From Planctomycetota bacterium (lineage in GTDB: Bacteria; Planctomycetota; UBA8108; SXIK01): DNA of 64,000 nucleotides. The DNA is taken from NCBI GenBank assembly GCA_965223845.1, contig CBDCXR010000004.1, positions 6,848,001-6,912,000 of the forward strand. Direction: 5' to 3'. The translations under genes were made by a program, and so were the position numbers. The stretch's first letter is position 1. Each line of letters opens with the position of its first letter. Positions 1 to 8,929 of the stretch are shown here, in pieces. The notes under the pieces are model-generated. The model was not told the origin of the DNA and did not search any database. It saw only the letters and a program-made list of their open reading frames with translations.

Positions 1-400
1 GCGGTGCGGGTCGCTCGCGCCGCCGGGTTCGTTGCCGCTCCACGCGTTCGGTGAGCAGCGTGAGCCTTGTCTCGACACGATCGAGCCGCCGGAGGACGAC
101 CCCGTGCCGAACGAAGGATGCGGCGAAGACGAGCACGCCCGGTAGTGCGACGTAGACGAGGGCGAACGGCCACTCCACGGCCCAGATGAGACCGGCCGTG
201 AGGACGAGAAAACCGCCGAGCCGAAAGTTCGAGAGGCGCTGCGACGAGGCGTCGAGCTCGCGCCGTGCGGTCTCGAGCTCGATCGTTCGCACCGAGTCGC
301 GAGATCCCGTGCTCGCCGGGGCGTCGCCCGCGGCGGCCGACTCGCGCATCGGTTCTTTCTGTTCGGCGACGGGGCTCGCGTCGCGACGACTATCCTGCAT
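1..400 (-). CDS. Membrane-anchored MutS-related (MutS domain V family) protein, N-terminal part; runs off the window
   Basis: Own translation from ATG at 400, open to the edge: MQDSRR...QRLSNFRLGGFLVLTAGLIWAVEWPFALVYVALPGVLVFAASFVRHGVVLRRL. The 'LSNxRL-TM-TM-VRH' pattern resembles N-termini of membrane-bound MutS-like ATPases. The ATPase domain is not visible. Confidence 0.5.
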   Translation of the reverse strand, partial: MQDSRRDASPVAEQKEPMRESAAAGDAPASTGSRDSVRTIELETARRELDASSQRLSNFRLGGFLVLTAGLIWAVEWPFALVYVALPGVLVFAASFVRHGVVLRRLDRVETRLTLLTERVERQRTRRRERPAP

Positions 401-764
401 GTTTCACCCGACTCTCCTCCGCCGCCGCCCGATCTTCAGGGTGTACGAACACGGTTCCGGATCGTGAGTCCGCGGAAGGATTCGATCTCGGCCGCCCCGG
501 GTCGCGTGTTCTCGACGGTTTCTCCAGACTCGCCAGCGATTCGCTTCACGGCGTCGACCGAGGGGCCTCGGTCGCCGGATTCGAACTCATATCTTGCGGA
601 GGAGTCTCGCGACGGTCCGTTCCGACCGGCGACGAAGATCGACAGTCGACAAGGGGCGTCGCGCGCTGCCGCTCCCGCGACGGATTCCGTGCGTGCGCGT
701 GCGCGCGAGCCGGAACATACCACAGTCTCCGGTCTTTAGTCGTGCAATTCGGTGGGGGCGATTC

Positions 765-2633
765 TCAGCGTGGGTTCGCCCGAAACCACTGCACCCACGC
801 CTCCGCGGTGGATTGCCACGACCGCACATCGCCGTCGTCGCGCGGCGCCTCGATCTGGGCCCCGGTCCAGAGGCACAGGATTCCGTGTGCGAGGCGCCGG
901 TGCGCGATCGAGCTCGCCGTCAGATCGCGAACGAGCGCGCGGGCGACTCCCTTTTTCTTGTGCTTTCGGGCGATGCGAATCACTTCGGCGCGAAGTCGCA
1001 GATTCTGGGTGACCTCGAGGACTTCGACGAGTGCGCTCGTCTCGACGCCTTCGACGTCGAGCGCCGTGACCGCACGCCAGCGATCGAGCCACCGCCGGGC
1101 GTCGTCGGGCTGCCGGAGTCGCTCGCCCACGATTTCTCCGAGCGCCGAGCGAGCGAATCGCGTGATGGAGTCCGACCCCCGCCACAGCGGAAGAAGCCAC
1201 GGAACGAGCTTCGCGCGCCGGCGCGGATCGAAGTTGCGCACGACTTCGCGGAGCGTAGGGACGAGTCGGCGGTGCCGGTGTGTCCCCGCGTAGTCGAGAA
1301 TCTCTCGGGCGGAAAGAAATCCGTTCGCCGCTTCGATGTAGACGAGGTCACCAGCGGTCGTCTCGCCGGCGGCAGACTCTCCCCGAGTGAGGAGGACAGG
1401 CGCCGCCGCGGGCCGGAGGGAGCGCGTCGAGCGCTTGAGATAGAGGAGCGCGAGCGCCGTGTCCGTGTACGCACCCCAGCTTCCGCTCGGGCGCTGAGCG
1501 CCGAGAAGTCGCTGGCAGCCTTCGCGGTACCAGTCGCGATCGCCGATCCGGGCGACGCCCGCGAGATCGCCGACCTTCTCGAGACTGTAGAGCGTGTAGC
1601 ACAGCCCTTTGCCGTCGGCGACGACGGCATCGAAGTGCGCGTCGATCCACGCGTAGGCGCGATCGAGCGCCGTTCGTGCCGCGGCGAGCTCTCGCTTCCA
1701 GCGCCGATTCCCGGTGCGCTCGAGCGCGTCGATCGCGATGACGATCGACGACGCGCCGGCGAGTGTCATCGACGCGCGAGCGGTTTCGTTCCCCGGTCTC
1801 CGGGGCGTTCGGTATCCCCAGCCGGAAGGAACCGCGCGGATCGCGCGCGGGCGCTTCGGCCGGACGAGGCCGAGCTTCTCCTCGAGCGTCGCCTCGGGCT
1901 CCAGCCGAACCGTGCGCTCGGCTTCCGAATCCCGGAGCTGCGCCCGGACGAACGTCGACGCCATGTCCGCGAAGTGGCGCGCGGGAATCTCGACGCCGCG
2001 CGCCAGCCCAACGCGCAGCGCGAGGATCGCGAATTGCGTGTTCGAGAAGTCGTGACGCCTCGTGTCATTTCCCGCCGAATAGGACCACGCTCCGCGTTGG
2101 CGACTCTCCGCGGCGAGAAGCCAGTCGACGAGCTCTCCGAGGCGCGCGTTCGCGGTGGCGACGTCGACGTCGAGAGACTCTTCCTTCTCTGCGCGCTCGA
2201 TCGCCCGAAGGTAAATGTCGAGTGCGAAGATGGTCGTCGCCGCGCAGTAGGTTTTCTTCGCCTCCCGCCGGGTGAGGATCATCATCGCGCGCTGCATTTC
2301 AGTGTCACCGGGCGGCATGTCCGCGCTGAGGAGAGCGGCCGCGACGATCGCTAGGCGTCCGAGGGGATAATCGGAGCGCGGCGAGCGCTGGAGATCGGTC
2401 AGACGTGGAGCGAGTGACTTTCGACCCGCTCGAACGGCCAGCTCCACGCGTTCGGAGAGCGCCGGCTGGTCCGCTCGGTCGGAGTCCCCGGATGGGTAAG
2501 CCCCGGTCGAACTCAGAAGCTCAACCGCAGCCCAAACCGCGAACGTGCGGGCCGCCCAGCGGACGCGCCCCGAGAGTCTGCGCCGGGCACGCTGGAACGC
2601 GCGCGGTCGCCGGTTGTCGTCGTTGATTGCCAT
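765..2633 (-). CDS. Exported prenyltransferase/squalene-cyclase-fold (alpha/alpha barrel) protein with C-terminal HEAT-like region
   Basis: Motifs GAWSY, DFSNTQFAILAL, GWGY, SMTLAGASSI, YTLYSLEKVG, DWYREG..LLGAQRPSGSW, DTALALLYL; N-terminal hydrophobic segment. Start uncertain (ATG 2633 or 2663; ORF open to 2771). Confidence 0.7.
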   Translation of the reverse strand: MAINDDNRRPRAFQRARRRLSGRVRWAARTFAVWAAVELLSSTGAYPSGDSDRADQPALSERVELAVRAGRKSLAPRLTDLQRSPRSDYPLGRLAIVAAALLSADMPPGDTEMQRAMMILTRREAKKTYCAATTIFALDIYLRAIERAEKEESLDVDVATANARLGELVDWLLAAESRQRGAWSYSAGNDTRRHDFSNTQFAILALRVGLARGVEIPARHFADMASTFVRAQLRDSEAERTVRLEPEATLEEKLGLVRPKRPRAIRAVPSGWGYRTPRRPGNETARASMTLAGASSIVIAIDALERTGNRRWKRELAAARTALDRAYAWIDAHFDAVVADGKGLCYTLYSLEKVGDLAGVARIGDRDWYREGCQRLLGAQRPSGSWGAYTDTALALLYLKRSTRSLRPAAAPVLLTRGESAAGETTAGDLVYIEAANGFLSAREILDYAGTHRHRRLVPTLREVVRNFDPRRRAKLVPWLLPLWRGSDSITRFARSALGEIVGERLRQPDDARRWLDRWRAVTALDVEGVETSALVEVLEVTQNLRLRAEVIRIARKHKKKGVARALVRDLTASSIAHRRLAHGILCLWTGAQIEAPRDDGDVRSWQSTAEAWVQWFRANPR

Positions 2634-2828
2634 CGATGCCGTCGTTGTCGGTGCGACGGCCATCTGGGCGCGGCGGGTCGGCACGGGGAGTATGAGACCG
2701 AGTTGGCGTCGGCGCAACGCGCGACGCGCGAATCTCGAAGGAGAACGCGGCGGAACGAGAGACGACGGCACCGATCGTCGATCTCACTCTCCGTGTCGCT
2801 CGCGTCGCCCTTCGAGCGCCCCGCTCCT

Positions 2829-4295
2829 CTAGTACTCGCGGTAGGCCTCCCGCCCCGCGAGATCTCGCAGCACGTAGCGCCAACTATCCGGGTCGTGCCG
2901 GAGCCCCGCTTCCGCCGCCGTCAGCTCCGTGTCGAGCGGTGCACGCAGAACCATGCAGAGATACGCCGCACGGATCCACGCGCGAGCATCGTCGTCCGGT
3001 GCTCGCGCCGTGGAGTCGGGACGATTCGATAGCTCCCGTACGAATCGCTCCCAGTCGGTGTCCTTCGCTGCTTCGACGCGCCGGATCAGCTCCGCCTCGT
3101 CGCTCGCGCTGGGACGGCGTCCGAGGAGATCGACGACGAGTGATCGTGCGAGTTGCCGGTGAGTCCGTTCCCGTGGTGTCGGCGGCCGCGCGTACTCGGT
3201 CGAAGAGCACAGGAGAAACGCGTACTGCTCGGGATCGTTCTTCGCGAGCTCGAGAAGCGCGGCGTGTTCCTCCTCTCGGGGCTGCCGTCCGAGCAAGCGC
3301 CGAAAGATCGCGGCGGGCTCCGTGCCGTCGAAGCGGTGAAACTCGGGACCCGCGATCTGGATCCAGCGGTCTTCGAGCGACCACGCCGCGGCCTCGTCGA
3401 GCTCGGTTCGAAGCGGCGATCGATCGTGAAAATCGAGGTAGAGGCGGACGATCGAACGGTACCAATCGCTCGCGACATCGCGCGTGATCGGTGGGCCGAG
3501 CGGATTCTCCGGTCGCGCTCCTCGCTTTCGATCTCGGCTCGACGCGGAGAGGCCGCTGTTCGCCTTGTTGTCACGGGCACCCGCGCGGTCGTCCGGGTTC
3601 GTTCCGGTCGCGTCGAGACCGCGGCCGACGTAGCCGAGACCGATTCCGCCGAGCACCGCGCACACCGCGGCGGCGATCAGCACGGCCGAGTTCCACTGTC
3701 GCGGAGGGCGACGCTCGCGGAGCGGAGCCGCACGTCCGGATTCGGTTCGAGCGCGCGGACGTGGTGCGCTCGTCGCGTCGAGAGCGGACGGGGTCGTCGG
3801 TATCGCCTCGTCCGTCGGCTTCTCGGGGCTGGTAGCGGACGCGTGAACCACGGTTTCGTCGGCGGTGACCTCCGGGAACTCGTCCGCGAGCTCCGTCGCC
3901 GCGACCGTCTCGGTCTCGTCGGCTGGGCCCGCACGCGGCGGCGGCGCCTCCTTTCGCTCAGGCGCGGTCGCTTCCGCGCTCTCGGGTTTCGGCGGAAGCG
4001 CGTCTCCTCGCAGCCGGACCTCGATCGTGAAGGGACCGACCTGGACAAGGTCGCCGTGCGACAGCGCCGCTCGCTCGATGGGGAGGCCGTTGAGTCGAGT
4101 TCCGTTCGTGCTTCCGAGATCGCGGAGAACGTGACGGTCGCCGCGGCTCACGATCTCGAAATGAGGATCGGAGATCGCCGAATGGGGGAGGCGAAGCTGA
4201 GCGTCCTTCCCGCGTCCGACGACGATCGTCGCGTCGTCGATCTCCGCGCGCCAGCGCTTCGAGTGGTGGAGGTATCGAACGATGAAGGTGGGCAT
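2829..4295 (-). CDS. FHA-domain membrane protein with repeated helical (DUF1549/DUF1553-like) extracytoplasmic modules
   Basis: FHA motifs VGR..., SAISDPH, DLGSTNGTRLNG; acidic Pro/Ala/Thr linker; one TM (AVLIAAAVCAVLGGIGLGYV); C-terminal repeats of the DLLGRxP type. ATG at 4295. Confidence 0.8.
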   Translation of the reverse strand: MPTFIVRYLHHSKRWRAEIDDATIVVGRGKDAQLRLPHSAISDPHFEIVSRGDRHVLRDLGSTNGTRLNGLPIERAALSHGDLVQVGPFTIEVRLRGDALPPKPESAEATAPERKEAPPPRAGPADETETVAATELADEFPEVTADETVVHASATSPEKPTDEAIPTTPSALDATSAPRPRARTESGRAAPLRERRPPRQWNSAVLIAAAVCAVLGGIGLGYVGRGLDATGTNPDDRAGARDNKANSGLSASSRDRKRGARPENPLGPPITRDVASDWYRSIVRLYLDFHDRSPLRTELDEAAAWSLEDRWIQIAGPEFHRFDGTEPAAIFRRLLGRQPREEEHAALLELAKNDPEQYAFLLCSSTEYARPPTPRERTHRQLARSLVVDLLGRRPSASDEAELIRRVEAAKDTDWERFVRELSNRPDSTARAPDDDARAWIRAAYLCMVLRAPLDTELTAAEAGLRHDPDSWRYVLRDLAGREAYREY

Positions 4296-4415
4296 GAACG
4301 GAGCCGCCGATGGGATGTCGCCACTGGACGGGTCCATCCTACCCGCGGAAACGAAGGACTTGCCAACCCGGCCCGAGTGCGGACTCGGCGGAAGTCCACT
4401 CAGGTTGGGGACGCG

Positions 4416-5441
4416 TCAGGGAGAACCGCAGCCGGCGGCGATGGCTCTCTCGAGCGTCTCGGCGGAGAGCGGGCGATCGAGATCTTCGTAGAGTTTCGGC
4501 GAACCGGGCGGACGACTCTTCCAGCGGCGGTGCATCCAAAAATACTGCTCGGGGTGAGCGCGTACGAGTGCTTCCGTCTCGCGGAGATAGGCATCGACGA
4601 GTGCGCCCGCCCGCCGCGAGAGCTCGGCGGGAGTCCAGCGCTCGGGCGCTTCCTCGCCGCTCACCAGCTCGCGCGAAACGAGCTGAAACCGCCATGCGGA
4701 CGGATCGACGAGACACGCGATGAAGACGACGGAACACCGCGCTCGCAGCAGGATCTTCGCGTAGCCGATGTAGCTGGACGCCGGGACTCCGAAGAAGTCG
4801 GCAAAGTACATCCGCCGGCGATCGTTCTGGTCGGCGAGGAAGGCGACCGAATGCCCGCTGCGGAGGAGATCGCGGATCCGTCCGACTTCGCGATTCGATA
4901 CCAGGCCGCCGCGTCGCTCGCGCATTTGGTTGAGGTATCGATTGAGATGCGGGTTGTGGAGGTGGCGCGCGACGGCAGCTAGGGGGATGCCGAGCTGCTG
5001 AAACAGAAACTGCCCGATCTCCCAGTCGCCGATGTGGGAGGTGATCACGGCGATCGGCGCGCGCTCGGAACCGCGACGGAGGATCGCGTCGGTCGTGGCA
5101 TCTTTCGAGACGCGCTCGGTGAACGCGGGCTCGTCCCAGCGGCGGTGGAGGGCCATCGCCGCGGCGCACCGCGCCACATGCTGGCAGGACAGGCGTCCGA
5201 TTCGTGACTTCTCATCCCGTGAAATCGAGTCGCGAAACGCGATGTCGAGATTGCGGAGAATGATCTGCCGCCGGCGCCGGGCGAGGTACCAAACGGCGCT
5301 CCCGCCAGCACGACTGAGCAAGAGCAGCACTCGCTCGGGGAGCAGGCCGCCGATCCAAAAGAGGGCGCGCACGAACCACGCGATAACGCGTTTCGCGGCA
5401 TCGCTCCAAATTCCGGCAGAGTCGTCGCTCGATTTCGCCAT
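4416..5441 (-). CDS. Lipid A biosynthesis lauroyl/lysophospholipid acyltransferase (LpxL/HtrB family)
   Basis: SHIGDWE catalytic motif, AFLADQN, FFGVPA, HPEQYFWMHRRWK; N-terminal TM. ATG at 5441. Confidence 0.88.
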   Translation of the reverse strand: MAKSSDDSAGIWSDAAKRVIAWFVRALFWIGGLLPERVLLLLSRAGGSAVWYLARRRRQIILRNLDIAFRDSISRDEKSRIGRLSCQHVARCAAAMALHRRWDEPAFTERVSKDATTDAILRRGSERAPIAVITSHIGDWEIGQFLFQQLGIPLAAVARHLHNPHLNRYLNQMRERRGGLVSNREVGRIRDLLRSGHSVAFLADQNDRRRMYFADFFGVPASSYIGYAKILLRARCSVVFIACLVDPSAWRFQLVSRELVSGEEAPERWTPAELSRRAGALVDAYLRETEALVRAHPEQYFWMHRRWKSRPPGSPKLYEDLDRPLSAETLERAIAAGCGSP

Positions 5442-5458
5442 GCGTCCGACGGATGCAG

Positions 5459-6472
5459 CTAACGCTTGAGGAAGAGGTCGCGGCCCCGGACGAGTGCATC
5501 CATCTTCCGATCGGCGACGCCGCGCGGAAGCATCCAGAATCCGCAGTCGGGGTGCACGTAGCGGATGCGATCGATGCCTCCGACGGCGTTTGCCGCGCGC
5601 TCGATTGCCGCGGCGACATCGCTCGCCGATTCGATGCGATTGTCCTTGATGTCGATGACCCCGATGCCGAGCGCGATCTCCGGGCGGACCCCGGCGAATG
5701 CGCTGAGCTCCTCCGGATCGCGGCGCGCACACTCGAGCACGAGGTGATCGGCGTCGAGGGCGTTCAGATAATCGATGAGGCGACGCCAGTCGCCTGCCTG
5801 GATCGTCTGTCCGCCGTAGTTTCCGAAGCAGAGGTGCACGGCTCGCTCGCGACCGTCCTCGCGCGGGACGCTGCGGAGGACGGTATTCAGAGTCTCCGCG
5901 GCCCAGCCGGTTTCATCCGGGTGCCCCGTGACATTTGCTTCGTCGAGCTGCACCACGGCCGCATCGATCGATGCGAGCTGGCGCGCGAGGATCTCGGCGA
6001 GCTCGGCCGCGACGCGCTTCACGTCGCCGTAGTGCTCGTCCATGACGACCTTCGCGAGCATGTGGGGTCCGGTGCAGGTGAACTTGAGCGGCTGCCGCGT
6101 GAGATCTCGCACGAATTCCCAGTCGCGAAGGAGGTGGAGTCGACCTTCGCCGAGCGGGCCGCGCAACACCGCGGCGGGCTCTCGCCGGTACGCGGCGATC
6201 TCGCTCGCGCGGAACTTGGCGATGTCCGCGCGCGTCGGATGGAGGTCGATGCCTTCGAGCGGGCCGAGAAAGTAATCAATCATCCCGTTCGTGTCGGGAT
6301 GGTCGACATCGAAGCGCGCGAGCTCGCCGTCCGAGACGATGTCGATGCCCGCGTTTTCCTGCGTCTTCAGCACCGCGAGCACCGCGTCGCGCAGGGCTTC
6401 GCGAGTCCGCGCACCCGCTAACCAGCTCGGCACGGGGTAGCTTCCGACGACGGTCGTCTTCAGATCGCTCAT
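5459..6472 (-). CDS. Single-domain cobalamin-independent methionine synthase II family (MetE C-terminal-like) Zn protein
   Basis: TTVVGSYP start, GIDIVSDGE, QLDEAN, Zn ligands HLCFGN / LE / HPDCGF; about 337 aa. Confidence 0.85.
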   Translation of the reverse strand: MSDLKTTVVGSYPVPSWLAGARTREALRDAVLAVLKTQENAGIDIVSDGELARFDVDHPDTNGMIDYFLGPLEGIDLHPTRADIAKFRASEIAAYRREPAAVLRGPLGEGRLHLLRDWEFVRDLTRQPLKFTCTGPHMLAKVVMDEHYGDVKRVAAELAEILARQLASIDAAVVQLDEANVTGHPDETGWAAETLNTVLRSVPREDGRERAVHLCFGNYGGQTIQAGDWRRLIDYLNALDADHLVLECARRDPEELSAFAGVRPEIALGIGVIDIKDNRIESASDVAAAIERAANAVGGIDRIRYVHPDCGFWMLPRGVADRKMDALVRGRDLFLKR

Positions 6473-6509
6473 GATTCTTTTGGGCTCACTCGTGTTTCTC
6501 GGGCGCGGT

Positions 6510-6515
6510 ATTGTA
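6510..6515 (-). promoter_or_regulatory. Putative sigma70 -10 box (TACAAT) for the MetE-like gene
   Basis: TACAAT on the minus strand about 38 nt upstream of the ATG, in a GC-rich background. The same TACAATACC string occurs at 20218 and 36956. Confidence 0.5.
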
Positions 6516-6619
6516 TACGCGATCGATGGGAGAGCCACCTCTTCCGTGAAGGCGGAGCCGGGAGCAGCGGGTGCGCGGAAGCGTCGGGTCAGGGATCACC
6601 GAAGGAGAAGAACTTGGGA

Positions 6620-7348
6620 ATGAAGGTGCTCGAAAACAAGGTGGCGATCGTGACGGGTGGCGGAGGCGGACTCGGGCGCGCGATCGCGCATTCGCTCGCG
6701 GCCGATGGCGCGCGCGTTCTCGTCGCCGGGCGGGACGCCGGGAAGCTGAAGGAAACGGTCGAGCTCGTCGGTAGCGTCGGTGGACTCGCGGTCGCTTGCG
6801 CTCGCGATCTTCTCGAGCCGGGTGGTCCTCGCGCCGCCGTCGACGAGGCGCTCGAATCCTTTGGCGGCATCGATATCCTCGTCAACTGCGCCGGCGTGTT
6901 CGTGTGGAAGAAGTTTCTCGACCAAGCGCGAGACGATTGGGATCGAACGATCGCCACGAACCTATCTCTGCCGTTTTTCATGACACAGGAAGTCGCGCGC
7001 GTCCTCGTCGAGCAGGAGCGCGGGGGCGCCATTCTCAACATCGCATCGATTCACGGCCGGCTCGGCGACCCGAACGTCGTTCCGCACTGCGCGTCGAAGT
7101 TCGGTCTCATCGGGCTCACGGAAGCGACCGCCGAAGCTCTCCGACCGCACAATATTCGCGTCAATGCGATCGCGCCGGGCCAGATCGCGCCCGACAGCAC
7201 ACACACTCGCGGCGAGTCGCCGCAGGAGCTCGTCACTCAGGCCGATTTGGCCACGCTCGCCGTGTTCCTCGTGTCCGATCTCACGCGGACGATTACGGGA
7301 ACCGTCGTCGATGCGAACGGGTCCACGCGGCGGTTGATCAAAGCCTGA
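6620..7348 (+). CDS. SDR family oxidoreductase with atypical HxxxK active site
   Basis: TGGGGGLG, NCAG, NIAS, HCASK (in place of YxxxK), IRVNAIAPG. Confidence 0.9.
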   Translation: MKVLENKVAIVTGGGGGLGRAIAHSLAADGARVLVAGRDAGKLKETVELVGSVGGLAVACARDLLEPGGPRAAVDEALESFGGIDILVNCAGVFVWKKFLDQARDDWDRTIATNLSLPFFMTQEVARVLVEQERGGAILNIASIHGRLGDPNVVPHCASKFGLIGLTEATAEALRPHNIRVNAIAPGQIAPDSTHTRGESPQELVTQADLATLAVFLVSDLTRTITGTVVDANGSTRRLIKA

Positions 7349-7581
7349 AGCCGGTTCTGCCGATTCATCGAGAAGCCGTTGAAGAGCGGAAGGAGCGCGT
7401 CGCCCGAGGATCCGCCGCACGGCCCTACCGACCGAGTTCGGATTCTCTCTCGATGTTCTTCGTCTCGATGCCGCGGGGAACCTCTGTCTGCATCGGCCGC
7501 GAAGTCGGTGCACAGCCGAGGCTTCCTCCTCCAATCGGGCATCGCATCGGGTGAGCAGTTTGCGGAGCGAGAACTCACCAC

Positions 7582-8841
7582 ATGCTGATGACGACGGAGC
7601 AAGTGCTCGAGCGGATCCGCCAGGGTGAAATCCTGAGTGGAGAGCACCTGCCGGACCTGCTCCTCGAGAAGGTCGATCTTCCCGGTGCGCGTCTCCCGCG
7701 CTGTCGACTGAGCGGGGCGCGGTTTATGGGTGCGTCGCTCGAGCGGAGCGATTTCACCGGCGCGGACCTCGAGCGGTCGGATCTCCGTTTTGCGAGCTTT
7801 CGGGGCGCACGTCTCGACGGGGCGTCGCTCGCGCAGGCTAAGCTCCAGCACGCGTGCTTCGAAGACGCGTCGATCGACGGGGTCGATCTCAGCGGCGCGG
7901 AGATCGAACGCACCAGCTTCTCGGGAGCGCGAGTGAGTCGACTCAGCCTCGTCGAAGCGATTTTGAACGATGTCGACCTCTCGGCGATCCGCTGCATCGA
8001 CAGCGCCGAGTTCAGCGAGTCGGATCTCGACTCGGTGTTCTTCTCGTCGATCCACATCGCCGGAGCACGCTTTCGCGACGCCCACCTCCGACTCGTGTCG
8101 TTTCTCGCCGCCGACTTCGACGGCGTCGACTTCACCGGTGCACGTCTCACGCGGGTGACGTTCGGGCGGAGCCACGGCTCGGACGTCCGCTTCCGTGAAT
8201 CCCGCCTCCGCGGGTGCGAATTCGGCGGAGCGCAGCTCCCCGAGACCGACTTCGACCTCGCGCGCATCGAAGCCTGCAATTTCTCCGCCGTGCAGTTTCG
8301 CGGCGCTACGTTCAGAGGCGCTCAGTTCGGCGAGGAAGTTCGCTTCGACGAAGCGCAACTCGACGCAGCCGACTTCTCGCAGGCTTCGCTCGAGGCCGTG
8401 CGCTTCCGGGGCGCAACGCTCCGGGCGGCGACCTTCTCGGGCGCGAATCTCACGCGGATCGACGCCTCGGAGGCGCAGCTCGCCGGCGCGCTGTTTGCGG
8501 GCTCGCGCGTTCACGGAGCGCGCTTCACCGGAGCGTCACTCGCGCATTCCGTCGCGCGTGGCCTCGCTTTCGAGGGCGTCGATCTCACGAACGCGGACTT
8601 CACTGGAGCCGATCTCCGCGGCGCCGATCTTGCGGACGCGACACTCGACGGAGCGATCTTCGCGGAAGCGGATCTCGCCGGCGCGCGGTTCGACTGGGCG
8701 ACGCTCGCGCGTGCGAGCTTCGGACCGACGACGCTCGCGGGCGCGATCGTCCGCGGGAGCCCCGTCGGCGATGGGGACTCGCCGATCGACGGAGCGGCCG
8801 CGGAGCGCTTGTATCGGCTGCGGGACGAGGGAACGCGCTGA
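7582..8841 (+). CDS. Pentapeptide repeat protein
   Basis: Nearly continuous A(D/N)(L/F)xx repeats over most of the 419 aa. Confidence 0.92.
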   Translation: MLMTTEQVLERIRQGEILSGEHLPDLLLEKVDLPGARLPRCRLSGARFMGASLERSDFTGADLERSDLRFASFRGARLDGASLAQAKLQHACFEDASIDGVDLSGAEIERTSFSGARVSRLSLVEAILNDVDLSAIRCIDSAEFSESDLDSVFFSSIHIAGARFRDAHLRLVSFLAADFDGVDFTGARLTRVTFGRSHGSDVRFRESRLRGCEFGGAQLPETDFDLARIEACNFSAVQFRGATFRGAQFGEEVRFDEAQLDAADFSQASLEAVRFRGATLRAATFSGANLTRIDASEAQLAGALFAGSRVHGARFTGASLAHSVARGLAFEGVDLTNADFTGADLRGADLADATLDGAIFAEADLAGARFDWATLARASFGPTTLAGAIVRGSPVGDGDSPIDGAAAERLYRLRDEGTR

Positions 8842-8929
8842 CGCGCTGCCGTTTTCCGCGCGGGAGAAGATCGCTCACACAGTCGACGGAACCACGAGGC
8901 CGGAGACTTTGGGGCCGATTCGCGTCAGA

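Noticed and set aside
765-2633. Squalene-hopene cyclase call
   Set aside because: No DxDD motif, only one barrel, and an export signal; only the fold is shared.
7582-8841. CRISPR-like or DNA tandem array
   Set aside because: The periodicity is protein-level (15 nt) within one ORF, with no identical repeats separated by spacers.
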